From contig JAKPEE010000156.1 in assembly GCA_029552125.1 (NCBI GenBank), forward strand, positions 11,088-75,087: 64,000 bases of DNA, written 5' to 3'. The notes beneath the pieces are model-generated. The model made no database searches. It saw only the letters and a program-made list of their open reading frames with translations, and was not told the DNA's origin. This DNA comes from Bacillota bacterium (GTDB lineage: Bacteria; Bacillota; Dethiobacteria; DTU022). Of the stretch, positions 28,393 through 38,016 are shown in pieces (the stretch's first letter is position 1; every line of letters starts with the position of its first letter). Position numbers and translations under genes: made by a program.

Positions 28393-30990
28393 TTAGTTAT
28401 TCACCTGGAAGTCCAGGGCCGCATCTTTTTTGGTCAGGGTCACGGTATCACTGTCTTTGATTTCGCCCTTGACGATTCGGTAAGAAAGCGGCGTTTCCAC
28501 TTCCTGCTGGATCAGGCGCTTCAGCGGGCGGGCTCCGAAGGAGGGATCGTAGCCCTTTCGCGCCAGGTAGGCAGCCGCGGCTTCATCCCAGGTAAGGGTA
28601 ATGCCGGCGTTTTTCTTAAGCCTTTCCGCCAGGCGCTCCAGCAATAGATCGGTTATTTTTTGCAACTGGTCCTGCTCCAGGGCGCGGAAGACAATAATCT
28701 CGTCGATCCGGTTTAAAAATTCCGGGCGGAAATGCTGCCGCAACAGCGCCATTACCCTCTCCTGCATGGCCTCAAAATCGCCGCCCCTCTCCTGGAATTG
28801 CAGGATCTCCTGGCTGCCGATATTTGAAGTCATGATCACGATGGCGTTTTTAAAGTCAACCAGCCGGCCCTTACCGTCGGTAAGCCTACCGTCTTCCAGG
28901 ATTTGCAGCAGGGCGTTGAAGACATCGGGATGGGCTTTCTCGATTTCATCAAATAAGACCACGCTGTAAGGCTTGCGCCGGATGGCCTCGGTGAGCTGCC
29001 CGCCTTCGTCGTAGCCCACATACCCCGGGGGTGCCCCGATTAGCCTCGCTACGCTATGCTTTTCCATGTATTCGGACATATCCAGGCGGATCATATTGCG
29101 TTCGTCGTCAAACAGAGTTTCCGCCAGGGCGCGCCCCAGTTCGGTTTTGCCCACTCCCGTGGGCCCCAGGAAGATAAAGCTGCCCACGGGGCGGTTGGGG
29201 TCTTTAATGCCGCTGCGCGCCCGCAGCACCGCGTTGGCCACGGCGGTTACCGCCGCCTCCTGCCCCACGACGCGGCGGTGCAGGATCTCTTCCAGCCTGA
29301 TTAGCTTTTCCCTTTCACCCTCCATGAGCCTGCTTACCGGGATTCCCGTCCAGCGGCTGACCACGCTGGCAATATCCTCCTCGGTGACCTCTTCGTTTAA
29401 AAGCATCTCTTTTTTTTGCTTCCCGGCCAGCAGCTCTTCTTCTTTCTTTAAGCGCTGCTCCGCCTCGTTTAATCTGCCGTATTTTAGCTCGGCGACGCGG
29501 TTCAGGTCATATTCCCGCTCTGCTTTTTCAATCTGGGTGCGTATTTCTTCAATCTCGCGCTTCAATTCGCGCAGCCGCCCGATGGACTCTTTTTCGGCCT
29601 GCCATTGGGCTTTCATCACTTCCTGCTCGCTGCGCAGGTCGGCCAGCTCTTTTTGCAGCTTCTCCAGGCGCTCCCTGGAGGCCGGATCCTTTTCTTTTTT
29701 CAGCGCCGCTTCTTCGATCTCCAGTTGCATCACCCGCCGCGTGATCTCATCCAGGGCCGCGGGCATGCTGTCGATTTGCGTGCGCAGGCGCGCCGATGCT
29801 TCGTCCACCAGGTCGATGGCCTTGTCAGGCAGGAAGCGGTCGGTAATGTAGCGGTCCGACAGCACTGCCGCCGCAATTAGCGCCGCATCCTGGATGCGCA
29901 CGCCGTGGTGCACCTCGTAGCGCTCTTTGAGTCCGCGCAGGATGGAGATGGTGTCCTCCACGGAGGGGGGTTTGACCATGACCGGCTGGAAGCGGCGCTC
30001 CAGGGCCGCGTCCTTTTCGATATGCTTGCGGTACTCGTCGATGGTGGTGGCGCCCACGGCGCGCAGTTCGCCGCGGGCCAGCATCGGCTTCAGCAGGTTG
30101 CTGGCATCCATGGCACCCTCGGCCGCCCCGGCGCCGACCACTGTATGCAGCTCGTCGATAAAAAGGATTACCCGGCCGGCCGACTCCTGCACCTCTTTTA
30201 AAACCGCCTTGAGCCGCTCTTCAAATTCCCCCCGGTACTTGGCCCCCGCCACCAGCGAACCCATGTCCAGGGCGATAACCTGTTTCTCTTTCAAGCCCTC
30301 GGGGACATCTCCGGCCACGATGCGCCGGGCCAGCCCCTCCACGATAGCCGTTTTGCCCACGCCCGGCTCGCCGATCAGCACCGGGTTGTTCTTGGTGCGG
30401 CGCGACAAAATTTCAATAATGCGCCGGATTTCCTCGTCGCGCCCGATGACCGGGTCGAGCTTCCCTTCGCGGGCCAGGGCGGTCAGGTCCCGGCCGTAGC
30501 GCAGCAGCGCTTCATAGGTGCTCTCCGGATTATCGCTGGTAATGCGCTGTGAGCCCCTCACCGCGCGCAGCGCCTGCAGCAGTTTGCCTCGCTCCAGCCC
30601 CCACCTGCGGAACAGCTCGACTAGGTCCGCTTCACCCTCTTCTACCAGGGCCAGCAGCAGGTGTTCCACGCTGATGTAATCGTCTTTTAAGGTCTTTGCT
30701 TCCTGCTCCGCCCGGCTAAGAACCCTGGCCAGGGCTGTATTCATCTGCAGGGTCCCCTCATAACCGTATACCTGTGGAATTTTGTCCAGCAGGGCTTCCA
30801 GATCCCGTCTGAACAGCTCCGGCGTCACTCCGGCTTGCTGCAGCACCCGGGGCGTAATGCCTTCTTTTTGTTCCAGCAGCGCCAGCGCCAGGTGTTTAGG
30901 TCCCAGGACCTGGTGATGGCGGTCAACAGCGATCTGCTGCGCCGCGGCCAGCGCTTCCCTTGTTTTTTGCGTCATTTTATTAAAATCCAT
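28393..30990 (-). CDS. clpB: ATP-dependent chaperone/disaggregase ClpB
   Basis: 865-aa ORF. It has the Clp_N domain, two AAA+ modules ('[15 protein letters not shown]' and '[15 protein letters not shown]') and a long coiled-coil M-domain between them. Confidence 0.96.
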   Translation of the reverse strand: MDFNKMTQKTREALAAAQQIAVDRHHQVLGPKHLALALLEQKEGITPRVLQQAGVTPELFRRDLEALLDKIPQVYGYEGTLQMNTALARVLSRAEQEAKTLKDDYISVEHLLLALVEEGEADLVELFRRWGLERGKLLQALRAVRGSQRITSDNPESTYEALLRYGRDLTALAREGKLDPVIGRDEEIRRIIEILSRRTKNNPVLIGEPGVGKTAIVEGLARRIVAGDVPEGLKEKQVIALDMGSLVAGAKYRGEFEERLKAVLKEVQESAGRVILFIDELHTVVGAGAAEGAMDASNLLKPMLARGELRAVGATTIDEYRKHIEKDAALERRFQPVMVKPPSVEDTISILRGLKERYEVHHGVRIQDAALIAAAVLSDRYITDRFLPDKAIDLVDEASARLRTQIDSMPAALDEITRRVMQLEIEEAALKKEKDPASRERLEKLQKELADLRSEQEVMKAQWQAEKESIGRLRELKREIEEIRTQIEKAEREYDLNRVAELKYGRLNEAEQRLKKEEELLAGKQKKEMLLNEEVTEEDIASVVSRWTGIPVSRLMEGEREKLIRLEEILHRRVVGQEAAVTAVANAVLRARSGIKDPNRPVGSFIFLGPTGVGKTELGRALAETLFDDERNMIRLDMSEYMEKHSVARLIGAPPGYVGYDEGGQLTEAIRRKPYSVVLFDEIEKAHPDVFNALLQILEDGRLTDGKGRLVDFKNAIVIMTSNIGSQEILQFQERGGDFEAMQERVMALLRQHFRPEFLNRIDEIIVFRALEQDQLQKITDLLLERLAERLKKNAGITLTWDEAAAAYLARKGYDPSFGARPLKRLIQQEVETPLSYRIVKGEIKDSDTVTLTKKDAALDFQVNN

Positions 30991-31276
30991 AACGGTTCAC
31001 CTCTCTGCGTAAACGATTTATCTCTTCCTGCATCTCTTCCATCTGCTCCAGCAGCTCCACCACAATGGCGGCTCCGGTTAGATTAACTTTTAGCGTGTTC
31101 CACAGCCGCAGCACCCGGTAAGCGCGGCGCAGGTGCGCCGGGGTGATGCAGCCGCCTTCAATTTCGATAACGCCCAGCTCCTCCAGCCGCCTGGCCAGGG
31201 AAGGGTGCAGCCCTGTTTGATCCAGGGGAAATTTTTCTTCCTTCCCGCTATGACTGTGAATGATAATCAGCTTCAT
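30980..31276 (-). CDS. CbpM-like / MerR-HspR-related chaperone-modulator protein
   Basis: 98-aa ORF wedged between a J-protein gene (4-nt overlap) and clpB (11-nt overlap). Its size and C-terminal coiled region '[19 protein letters not shown]' fit CbpM-type modulators. Assignment is mainly by context. Confidence 0.5.
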   Translation of the reverse strand: MKLIIIHSHSGKEEKFPLDQTGLHPSLARRLEELGVIEIEGGCITPAHLRRAYRVLRLWNTLKVNLTGAAIVVELLEQMEEMQEEINRLRREVNRYGF

Positions 31277-32289
31277 GCCCGCGACCTCCCTTTGCCCAGC
31301 TCGCTTAACTTATGATAAAGCTCTTTTTCAGCTTCACTGATATGGGCGGGGATATCGATCTGTATGCGCACCAGGTGATGTCCCCGGCCGCCGCCCTTCA
31401 GGGGGAACCCTTTCTCCCGCAGCCGTAACTTGGTCCCCGCACGGCTGCCCGGCGGAACTGTTACCGTGACCGGGCCGTCCAGGGTGTTGACAGTAACCTT
31501 ATCGCCCAGGACAGCCTGTTCCGGCCTTAAAAAGAGATCGCTTTCCACCGTAGCGCCGTTTAAACGAAAGAGGGGATGGGGCAGAATGCGGACTTTTAAG
31601 TATAAATCGCCAGGGCTGCCGCCGTTCAAGCCTTCGCCTCCCTGCCCTTTCAAGCGGATCCGGCTGCCTTCCTGTACTCCGGCCGGTATTTTAACCTCCA
31701 GGGTTTTTTCCCGGGGGACTGTTCCCGTTCCCCCGCAGCGGCTGCAGAAACCTCCGCCGGTGACGCCGCTGCCCGCGCAGCCGGCACAAATGGCTTCGCC
31801 TGAAACACGCATAGATCTGATCCCGCCCCGGTAGGCTTCTTCTATGGTCAGCTCTATTTCACTTTCAATATCCTGGCCGCGCACAGGCCTCCGGGCGGTC
31901 CTGGATTGTCTAAAACCGCCCCGGCCGAAAAGCTGTTCGAAGAAGTCGCTGAAACCGCCGGCACCGAAGTCGAAATCGCCGCTGTAATAGTAATGGGTTT
32001 GGCCGGCGCCGGGCTCCTGGTACTGGTAAGTAAATTCATCGCCGTCCTGCCAGCGGCTTCCAAGCCGGTCGTACTTGGCCCTTTTTTCCGGATCGCTTAA
32101 GACCTCGTGCGCTTCATTAATGCGCTTAAACATCTCTTCCGCCTCTTTTTTCTTGTCGGCGGGCTGCAGGTCCGGGTGCCACTTGCGGGCCAGCCTGCGA
32201 TAAGCGCTTTTTATCTCTTTAGCGGTGGCATTCCGATCCACGCCTAAAATTTTATAATAGTCCTGAAATGTAGTTTTCAAGTAGATCAC
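31273..32289 (-). CDS. J-domain co-chaperone (DnaJ/CbpA-like, reduced zinc-finger region)
   Basis: '[31 protein letters not shown]' J-domain, G/F-rich linker, a short 'CAGCAGSG...CSRCGGTG' Cys cluster and DnaJ C-terminal domains. The real start may be the TTG at 32280. Confidence 0.88.
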   Translation of the reverse strand: MIYLKTTFQDYYKILGVDRNATAKEIKSAYRRLARKWHPDLQPADKKKEAEEMFKRINEAHEVLSDPEKRAKYDRLGSRWQDGDEFTYQYQEPGAGQTHYYYSGDFDFGAGGFSDFFEQLFGRGGFRQSRTARRPVRGQDIESEIELTIEEAYRGGIRSMRVSGEAICAGCAGSGVTGGGFCSRCGGTGTVPREKTLEVKIPAGVQEGSRIRLKGQGGEGLNGGSPGDLYLKVRILPHPLFRLNGATVESDLFLRPEQAVLGDKVTVNTLDGPVTVTVPPGSRAGTKLRLREKGFPLKGGGRGHHLVRIQIDIPAHISEAEKELYHKLSELGKGRSRA

Positions 32290-32445
32290 CCCTTTCCCTG
32301 GAACCGGTCATCTTTCACCTGTGGCAAGCGATTTGTTGTCCTGCAACCAGTTTTCCCTATTAGAGAAAAGGCTGTCATGGAAGAGCCATGGCAGTACAGG
32401 CTAGAAGTTCCAATAACAGGCGTTATTATTAGAGTAACTAACCAA

Positions 32446-32474
32446 ATTATAGCACTATTTTAGTATATAGTAAA
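32446..32474 (-). promoter_or_regulatory. Candidate promoter of the J-protein/CbpM-like/clpB operon (TTTACT-17-TGcTATAAT)
   Basis: The minus-strand read is tttact-atatactaaaatagtgc-tataat, with an extended -10 TG. This implies a leader of about 150 nt. Confidence 0.45.
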
Positions 32475-32752
32475 CAAATAGTTTGATTATGCCAAGCAAC
32501 TTCGTGTGCCGGTGCTATTAATGCTAAACTATGGATAGTATTGATGTGCAGCCAAGAGCGAACCATATTATTCTTTATTGGAAATTGGAAGCATTAATAC
32601 CATGCCAAGGCAGGCAGGCGAAACGGCCGCCCCGGTTTGTTTCAGGCGAATTAGTAAAAGAGCAGGTTGTAAGATAAAATGTTATAATGAAGGCACCAGG
32701 TTGAGGGCTTAGAATATCCGGGAGTATAGCTTTTAAACAGGAGGGTTTAAAA

Positions 32753-33313
32753 ATGTCAAAACAAAAAATATCGGCACAGCTGCTTCTTGGACCCGTCCCT
32801 GCCGCCCTTATTTCTTGCGGCCGTGATACCGGCGAAAAAAACATTATTACCCTGGCCTGGGTGGGGGTAGTCAATTCATCCCCGCCCATGGTTTCCATTG
32901 CGGTCAGGCCGAACCGGCACTCGCACGCCATCATTGCGGATACAGGAGAGTTCGTGGTAAATATCCCCACGGTAGAACAGGTGGACCTGGTAGACGGCTG
33001 CGGTACTCACAGCGGTAAAAATATTAATAAATTTACGCACTTTGGGGTAACCCCGGTTATGGGCACCCTGAAATATGCGCCCCTGATCGATGAATGCCCT
33101 CTGAACATGGAATGCGTAGTGGAGCACACCCTGGCTTTAGGTAGCCACAGTTTATTTATCGGCCGGGTGGTGCAGGCCTATGCGGATGAATCGGCAACCG
33201 GTGAAAAGGGCAAAGTCGACTTTAACCGCTGCCGCCTGCTGGGCTACAGCAACGGCCAGTATCTCTCGGTTACGCCCCTCGATTTGAAACTGGGTTATAC
33301 GCTGAAAAAGTAA
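32753..33313 (+). CDS. Flavin reductase-like FMN-binding protein
   Basis: 186-aa ORF. 'NIITLAWVGVVNSSPPMVSIAVRPNRHSHAII' is a typical flavin-reductase-domain core. Confidence 0.75.
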   Translation: MSKQKISAQLLLGPVPAALISCGRDTGEKNIITLAWVGVVNSSPPMVSIAVRPNRHSHAIIADTGEFVVNIPTVEQVDLVDGCGTHSGKNINKFTHFGVTPVMGTLKYAPLIDECPLNMECVVEHTLALGSHSLFIGRVVQAYADESATGEKGKVDFNRCRLLGYSNGQYLSVTPLDLKLGYTLKK

Positions 33314-33402
33314 AGCGGGGCAAAGGTATACTCATGCGGCGAAGTGGCAATATTATGGCTATAATTTCGCAACTTGCCATGGAGGGAAAAGGAGGTAATC
33401 TG

Positions 33403-33588
33403 ATGGAAGCGCATGTCAACGAAGAATGTATATTTTGCGGACTGTGCGTGGACCTTTGCCCTGAAGTTTTTCAACTGGGAGAAGAGACCGCCTATGTTAC
33501 GGTTAATGAAATTCCCGAAGATTTGCTGGAATGCTGCCGGGAAGCCGCAGAAGAATGTCCTACGGAAGCCATAGAGCTGTTTGATTGA
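33403..33588 (+). CDS. Small [4Fe-4S]/[3Fe-4S] ferredoxin
   Basis: The start is placed at 'MEAHVNEECIFCGLCVDLCPEVF', with AAAGGAGG 7 nt upstream. The distal Cys lies in 'EECPTEAIELFD'. The product is 61 aa. Confidence 0.8.
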   Translation: MEAHVNEECIFCGLCVDLCPEVFQLGEETAYVTVNEIPEDLLECCREAAEECPTEAIELFD

Positions 33589-33606
33589 GGTTTAAGCCAA
33601 TCACCA

Positions 33607-33643
33607 GGGGGCTGTCCCAAAAGGGCAGCCCCTTTTGATTTTT
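33607..33643 (+). terminator. Rho-independent terminator after the ferredoxin gene (GGGGCTGTCCC-family stem)
   Basis: The hairpin is gggggctg(t)ccc-aaaa-gggcagcccc, followed by ttttgattttt. Confidence 0.8.
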
Positions 33644-33737
33644 GTATCAATTAATGGAAGGTTATTCGCACCTTAATGTAGAATTTAAATTTTTCAGATT
33701 TTTTTATCAGATAGCAGCGTTACCAAAAAGGAGGACG

Positions 33738-35582
33738 ATGATGTTCAAACGAACTTTCGGTTTTAACCGGGACTTATTCTCTTCTTTTGATTTTACCTGT
33801 TTAAGCTTGCCAGGGGAGGCAGCCGTAGCGGGACCGCTCTGCTGCAGCAGCGGTCCTGCAGCCCCGCCGGCCGAATCTCTGCTGCCGCGCATACGCCGGG
33901 CGGCGGAGGGCCCGCATACGATTACTTTTGTCGGCTCAGCCGCCGGAGGCGACGGTGCAGTGCCGCTGACCCTCTCCTGGGCGCAACTGCACCAGGACGC
34001 CCTGGCCGTGGCGGCGTCTTTGCAGGAACACGGCGTCAAGCCGGGAGATCATGTCGCGCTTCTGGGGCCGACCACCCGGCCCCTGGTGACCGCCATACAG
34101 GGCATATGGCTGGCCGGCGGCTGCGTGATAGTGCTGCCTCTGCCCATGCGCATGGCCTCCCTGGATGAGTTTATGCGCCAGACCAGGGCTCACCTGGTGC
34201 ATGGAGATGTGCGCCTGCTGCTGCTGGACCCCGACCTGGCGCCGTTCCTGGAAACCAGGCCCGGTGACCCGCCCGTGCTAATGCTTGACCGGGTCCAGCC
34301 CGGGCCGGGGCGCCCCACGGCCTCAGACTACCGGGAGGTGCCTGATGATCCGCATCGCCTGGCCATCCTCCAGTTTACTTCCGGCTCCACGGCTGAGCCT
34401 AAGGGGGTCATGTTGCCGCATCATGTTATCGGGGCCAATATCGACGGGATGGTCGAGGCGGCTAAAGTAACTGTTGATGACATCATGTTTTCCTGGCTGC
34501 CGCTCTACCATGATATGGGCTTAATCGGCCTGACCACGGTGCCGATGACTGTGGGCAGTTCCCTGGTCCTCGCTTCGCCGCAGGATTTTTTGGCCAAACC
34601 CGGCGACTGGATGCGCTGGCTGCACCAGTTTAAAGCAACCATCACCGCGGGCCCCAATTTTTCCTGGGTCCTGGCCACCCGCGCTTTAAAAAGGATGTAT
34701 GAGGAAGGGGAGCGGTTGGACCTTTCGGCGGTGCGCATTGCCTTAAATGGAGCCGAGCCGGTAGATCCTGAAGCGGTGGATCGCTTTGTGGATGCCGCCG
34801 CGCCGCACGGTTTTCGCCCCGGAGCCGTTTTTTGCGCCTTCGGCATGGCCGAAGTGGCCATCGGCGGCAGCTTCCCCCCGCCGCTGCGGGGCATGGCCTG
34901 TGACTACGTGGACCGGGCCGCTTTGGAGAAAGAAGGGATAGCGCGCCCGGCTGACCCTTCCCTTGATTCGACGCGGCGGCTGCCCCTGCTGGGACGCCCT
35001 GTGCCGGGGCTGGAAATGCGCATCTGCGATCCGGCTACCGGAGAAGAACGGGGAGAGCGGGAGGTAGGGGAGCTGGAAATCCGCGGCACCTCGGTGACCA
35101 CCGGTTATTATAACCGGCCCGACCTGACGAAGGAGCTATTTCATGACGGCTGGCTGCGCACCGGAGACCTGGCTTACTTTACCGGCGGCCCCGATGGCGG
35201 CCCTTTAGAGCTGGTGATCTGCGGCCGCATTAAAGATGTGATTATCATTGCCGGCCGAAACGTATTCCCGGAAGATCTGGAAAGGGCTATCGGCACCCAG
35301 GAGGGTGTGCGCGCAGGCAATGTTATTGCCTTCGGCCTGGAAGGCAGTAAAGGTAAAGAAGCCATCGTCGTGGTGGCCGAGGTGCGCACGGAGAAGCCGC
35401 TGGAAGTGCGGCGCGCTATCCGCAGACGGGTTATCGATGTCTGTGCGGTCCCGCCCCGGGACATCGTCCTGGTGCAGCCGGGCACCCTGCCCAAAACCAG
35501 TTCGGGCAAGTTGCAGCGCAGTCTTTGCCGCAAACAATATCTCAACAAGGAGCTAAAACTAATCGACGGCTTTGACGGCTGA
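33738..35582 (+). CDS. Fatty-acyl-AMP ligase-like adenylating enzyme (AMP-binding superfamily)
   Basis: The start is placed at the ATGATG after AAAGGAGGA; the track ORF begins inside the upstream terminator. It has the AMP-binding motif 'FTSGSTAEPKGVMLPHH', 'GPNFSW', 'GWLRTGDL' and 'KTSSGKLQR'. The FAAL subtype call is from memory of FadD32-like proteins. Confidence 0.75.
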   Translation: MMFKRTFGFNRDLFSSFDFTCLSLPGEAAVAGPLCCSSGPAAPPAESLLPRIRRAAEGPHTITFVGSAAGGDGAVPLTLSWAQLHQDALAVAASLQEHGVKPGDHVALLGPTTRPLVTAIQGIWLAGGCVIVLPLPMRMASLDEFMRQTRAHLVHGDVRLLLLDPDLAPFLETRPGDPPVLMLDRVQPGPGRPTASDYREVPDDPHRLAILQFTSGSTAEPKGVMLPHHVIGANIDGMVEAAKVTVDDIMFSWLPLYHDMGLIGLTTVPMTVGSSLVLASPQDFLAKPGDWMRWLHQFKATITAGPNFSWVLATRALKRMYEEGERLDLSAVRIALNGAEPVDPEAVDRFVDAAAPHGFRPGAVFCAFGMAEVAIGGSFPPPLRGMACDYVDRAALEKEGIARPADPSLDSTRRLPLLGRPVPGLEMRICDPATGEERGEREVGELEIRGTSVTTGYYNRPDLTKELFHDGWLRTGDLAYFTGGPDGGPLELVICGRIKDVIIIAGRNVFPEDLERAIGTQEGVRAGNVIAFGLEGSKGKEAIVVVAEVRTEKPLEVRRAIRRRVIDVCAVPPRDIVLVQPGTLPKTSSGKLQRSLCRKQYLNKELKLIDGFDG

Positions 35583-35710
35583 AAGCAGCAGTCCTGGAAG
35601 CCCGGGGTTTAGGCGACCTGGCCCCGCCGGATAGCGCAGGTTGCTCTTTCGGCGCTGGCTTTTTCCTAAAGAATAAGGAGAGGGGCAGGCTTGCAGGCTC
35701 AGGTCTGTCC

Positions 35711-36769
35711 TTACGGGAGAGGGCCGGGGAGAGGGGATGCTGGTGAAGTACTCATAATATTCTTGCGGGAAGACGGGGCCTGTTCCGCTTTGGTGACCGT
35801 AACGCCGGGCGAACCGGGATCAAGATTGATAAAGGCAGTGGCGCCGGCCCGCTTAAGCGCCTGCCTGGTCCGGGAGGGATCCAGGGTTAAAGCAATAATG
35901 GTCCCTCCGCCGCCCGCGCCGGCCAGCTTGGCCGCCAGCGCCCCATTATCCCGGGCCACCCTGATCATATAGTTGTTCCGCTCTCCCGAGAAAGAGAGCG
36001 CATCCTGAATACGGTGGTTTTCATTCATCAGGAAAGCCAGGCGCGGCCAATCCCGGTTCAGCAGCGCTTTTTTGCCCTCCCGGGCCATTTCTGCAATCTC
36101 GCGGTAGCCTCTGACAACCTGCGGCTCTCCTTTCAGCCAGCGTTCGCGCAGCGGGCGGTGAAAATTGCCGGAGTGATGCTGTACCCCGGTATGGGCGATA
36201 ACAAAGGGCAGCTCGCTGCAGAAAGAATGAAGCGGCTCCACCGTGGCGTACTGTTCAAGGTGCAGCTCCCGGTAATGCTCTTTGCTCCGGAAATCCAGGT
36301 AATTGAGGCCGCCGAAAGTAGTCATGTACGCATCCTGGTAGCCGCAATGGCAGTTCAGATAGTTTAGCTCTATGGTCCGGTTTAACTCCGCCAGATGGTA
36401 TTTATGATAGTTGCGCCCCGTATAGGCCAGCAGCGCAGACAATAAAGCGGCTATGACCGCCGTGGAACCGGCCAGACCCGCCTGCTCCGGCACCGTGGAG
36501 TGAATGAATATTTTGGCCTTCAGTTGCTCCAGGTTGAGGCAGCGCAGAACAGCGCGGGGAATATCAAAATAGTCACCCCGGCAGGCAAAATCGCTTGTCC
36601 GCTGTAAAATCACGCTGCCCCCGCGGTTTTGCAGGATAAGCTTATCCGCGGGCTCTATGGTTGCCGTAGCCGTGTTTTCGATGGAGCAGGCAAGCACCGC
36701 GCCTCCGTACCCGTCGCTGGGGTTGCCGATTATGCCTGCCCGGCCGGGGGCCCGGGCGACGATCAACAA
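35711..36769 (-). CDS. GHMP-family sugar kinase (glucuronokinase-like subgroup?)
   Basis: 352-aa ORF. It has N-terminal 'RAGIIGNPSDGYGG', GHMP motif 'PEQAGLAGSTAVIAALLSALL' and C-terminal 'GAGGGGTIIAL'. Several blocks resemble plant-type glucuronokinase as I recall it. Confidence 0.7.
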   Translation of the reverse strand: MLIVARAPGRAGIIGNPSDGYGGAVLACSIENTATATIEPADKLILQNRGGSVILQRTSDFACRGDYFDIPRAVLRCLNLEQLKAKIFIHSTVPEQAGLAGSTAVIAALLSALLAYTGRNYHKYHLAELNRTIELNYLNCHCGYQDAYMTTFGGLNYLDFRSKEHYRELHLEQYATVEPLHSFCSELPFVIAHTGVQHHSGNFHRPLRERWLKGEPQVVRGYREIAEMAREGKKALLNRDWPRLAFLMNENHRIQDALSFSGERNNYMIRVARDNGALAAKLAGAGGGGTIIALTLDPSRTRQALKRAGATAFINLDPGSPGVTVTKAEQAPSSRKNIMSTSPASPLPGPLP

Positions 36770-36851
36770 TGGTCTCCTCTCCTTTTTCCAGTTCGCCTGG
36801 GTTATAATTCTTTTTTTACCATCTTAACAAATCAGGCCTGATTAGGCAAAG

Positions 36852-38003
36852 CTATGATGATGTACTGCGAATTGGCGCCAGCCGGCTCCGCTGCCCTCCA
36901 GGGGGCGGCGGAGCGGCAATTTTTAAAGCATATTCCAGGGGATTGATATAGGCCCTAAGCAGCGCTGCACCGCCATAAGCGTTCATCAGCGATACCTTGG
37001 CCGATTGTGCATTACATTCAATAAACCAGGGGTGGAAATTCCGGTCCACACCGATATCGATGCCCAGTTCCCCAAAAGGACCATAGTGCTGCTCCAGCAT
37101 TAAGTAAATTTGGCCCAGGAGGCGGCGCAGTTTATCTTCCAGCGTGGACACGGTAGCCTGATCCAGCTTTAAAACATGGCCAAAAAAATCTTCAAAGCGA
37201 TAGCAGGCTGCATGGGTGGTGATGGGGGAGCGGGCATGGCCGACCCGCACCGGCATGCCGACAATTTCCAGCAGGCCCTCTCCGTTGCGCTGCATTTCGG
37301 CCCGCAGGTCAGCTTTGCGATCTCCGATGCTGATCAAATCGATAGGCTGCTGGATGATGACCTCCTCTTGGCCAAAAAAATTGGCCACAATACGGGGCAA
37401 ACACTTGTTGTTGGCCCGCTGGATAAACAGCCTGCCGTCATAATAGCTGTATTCCAGGAGACCTCCCGGCAGCCGGCTGACCTTCATTACCTCCCGCCCC
37501 CGGCTTCCCCGGCAGGCTTTCAGGTAGATTTTTTCATAACGGTTGAGCATGCTGGAAATATCGCTTTCCTGCCCGCGGTAGAGCCTGGTATCCGGCAAAT
37601 GGGGTTTGATTTGGGGGCTGGTGCACAAGACCCGGTATAGCTCCCACTTGTCAAAAGTGGATCGGGCGTTCACCAGGGGGATGTGCATTTTTTCGGCCAG
37701 CTTTAAAAAATCTTCCGCTTTTTTATCCAGGTGATCCGGGATTTTGCGCATGTAAATCACATGGGGGAAGGGAAAGATGCCGCTGTTCCAGCGGTTTTGC
37801 GAAGGATCATAGAACAATCCCCTGATCCTCAATTTTTCGCTGTCAATGTCTTTAAGCGTAAAAAGATAGAGCACCGGTTTAGTGTCGCTGCTTTCCCCTA
37901 CGCTAATCGGGATTTTGGCCAGGTGAGTAAACCGGTTGAGGTTGTTCTGGCTGATCAAAACACCAAGATAAACCGGCCTGCCGGCAGTTTTAGCAACAGG
38001 CAA
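36852..38003 (-). CDS. YheC/YheD-family ATP-grasp protein (paralogue 3 of 7)
   Basis: 383-aa ORF with a TTG start. It has 'ADLRAEMQRNGEG', 'SPITTH' and 'GIDIGVD...HPWFIECNAQS'. Confidence 0.8.
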   Translation of the reverse strand: MPVAKTAGRPVYLGVLISQNNLNRFTHLAKIPISVGESSDTKPVLYLFTLKDIDSEKLRIRGLFYDPSQNRWNSGIFPFPHVIYMRKIPDHLDKKAEDFLKLAEKMHIPLVNARSTFDKWELYRVLCTSPQIKPHLPDTRLYRGQESDISSMLNRYEKIYLKACRGSRGREVMKVSRLPGGLLEYSYYDGRLFIQRANNKCLPRIVANFFGQEEVIIQQPIDLISIGDRKADLRAEMQRNGEGLLEIVGMPVRVGHARSPITTHAACYRFEDFFGHVLKLDQATVSTLEDKLRRLLGQIYLMLEQHYGPFGELGIDIGVDRNFHPWFIECNAQSAKVSLMNAYGGAALLRAYINPLEYALKIAAPPPPGGQRSRLAPIRSTSS

Positions 38004-38016
38004 TTTATATTAAACC

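Noticed and set aside
29066-29851. A 261-aa plus-strand ORF lies inside clpB. Similar long antisense ORFs occur elsewhere: 29927-30499, 16043-16741, 47132-47938, 13124-13729, 22238-22801, 10402-10833, 14302-14817 and 60773-61660.
   Set aside because: All lie antisense to, or out of frame within, genes that have unmistakable family motifs. Their products are Ser/Arg/Pro/Gly-rich and low-complexity, as expected for the non-coding frames of GC-rich genes. None has an RBS.
33642-33737. The track ORF extends the FAAL-like gene 32 codons upstream.
   Set aside because: The extension starts inside the T-tail of the ferredoxin terminator and has no RBS. The ATGATG at 33738 is preceded by AAAGGAGGA.
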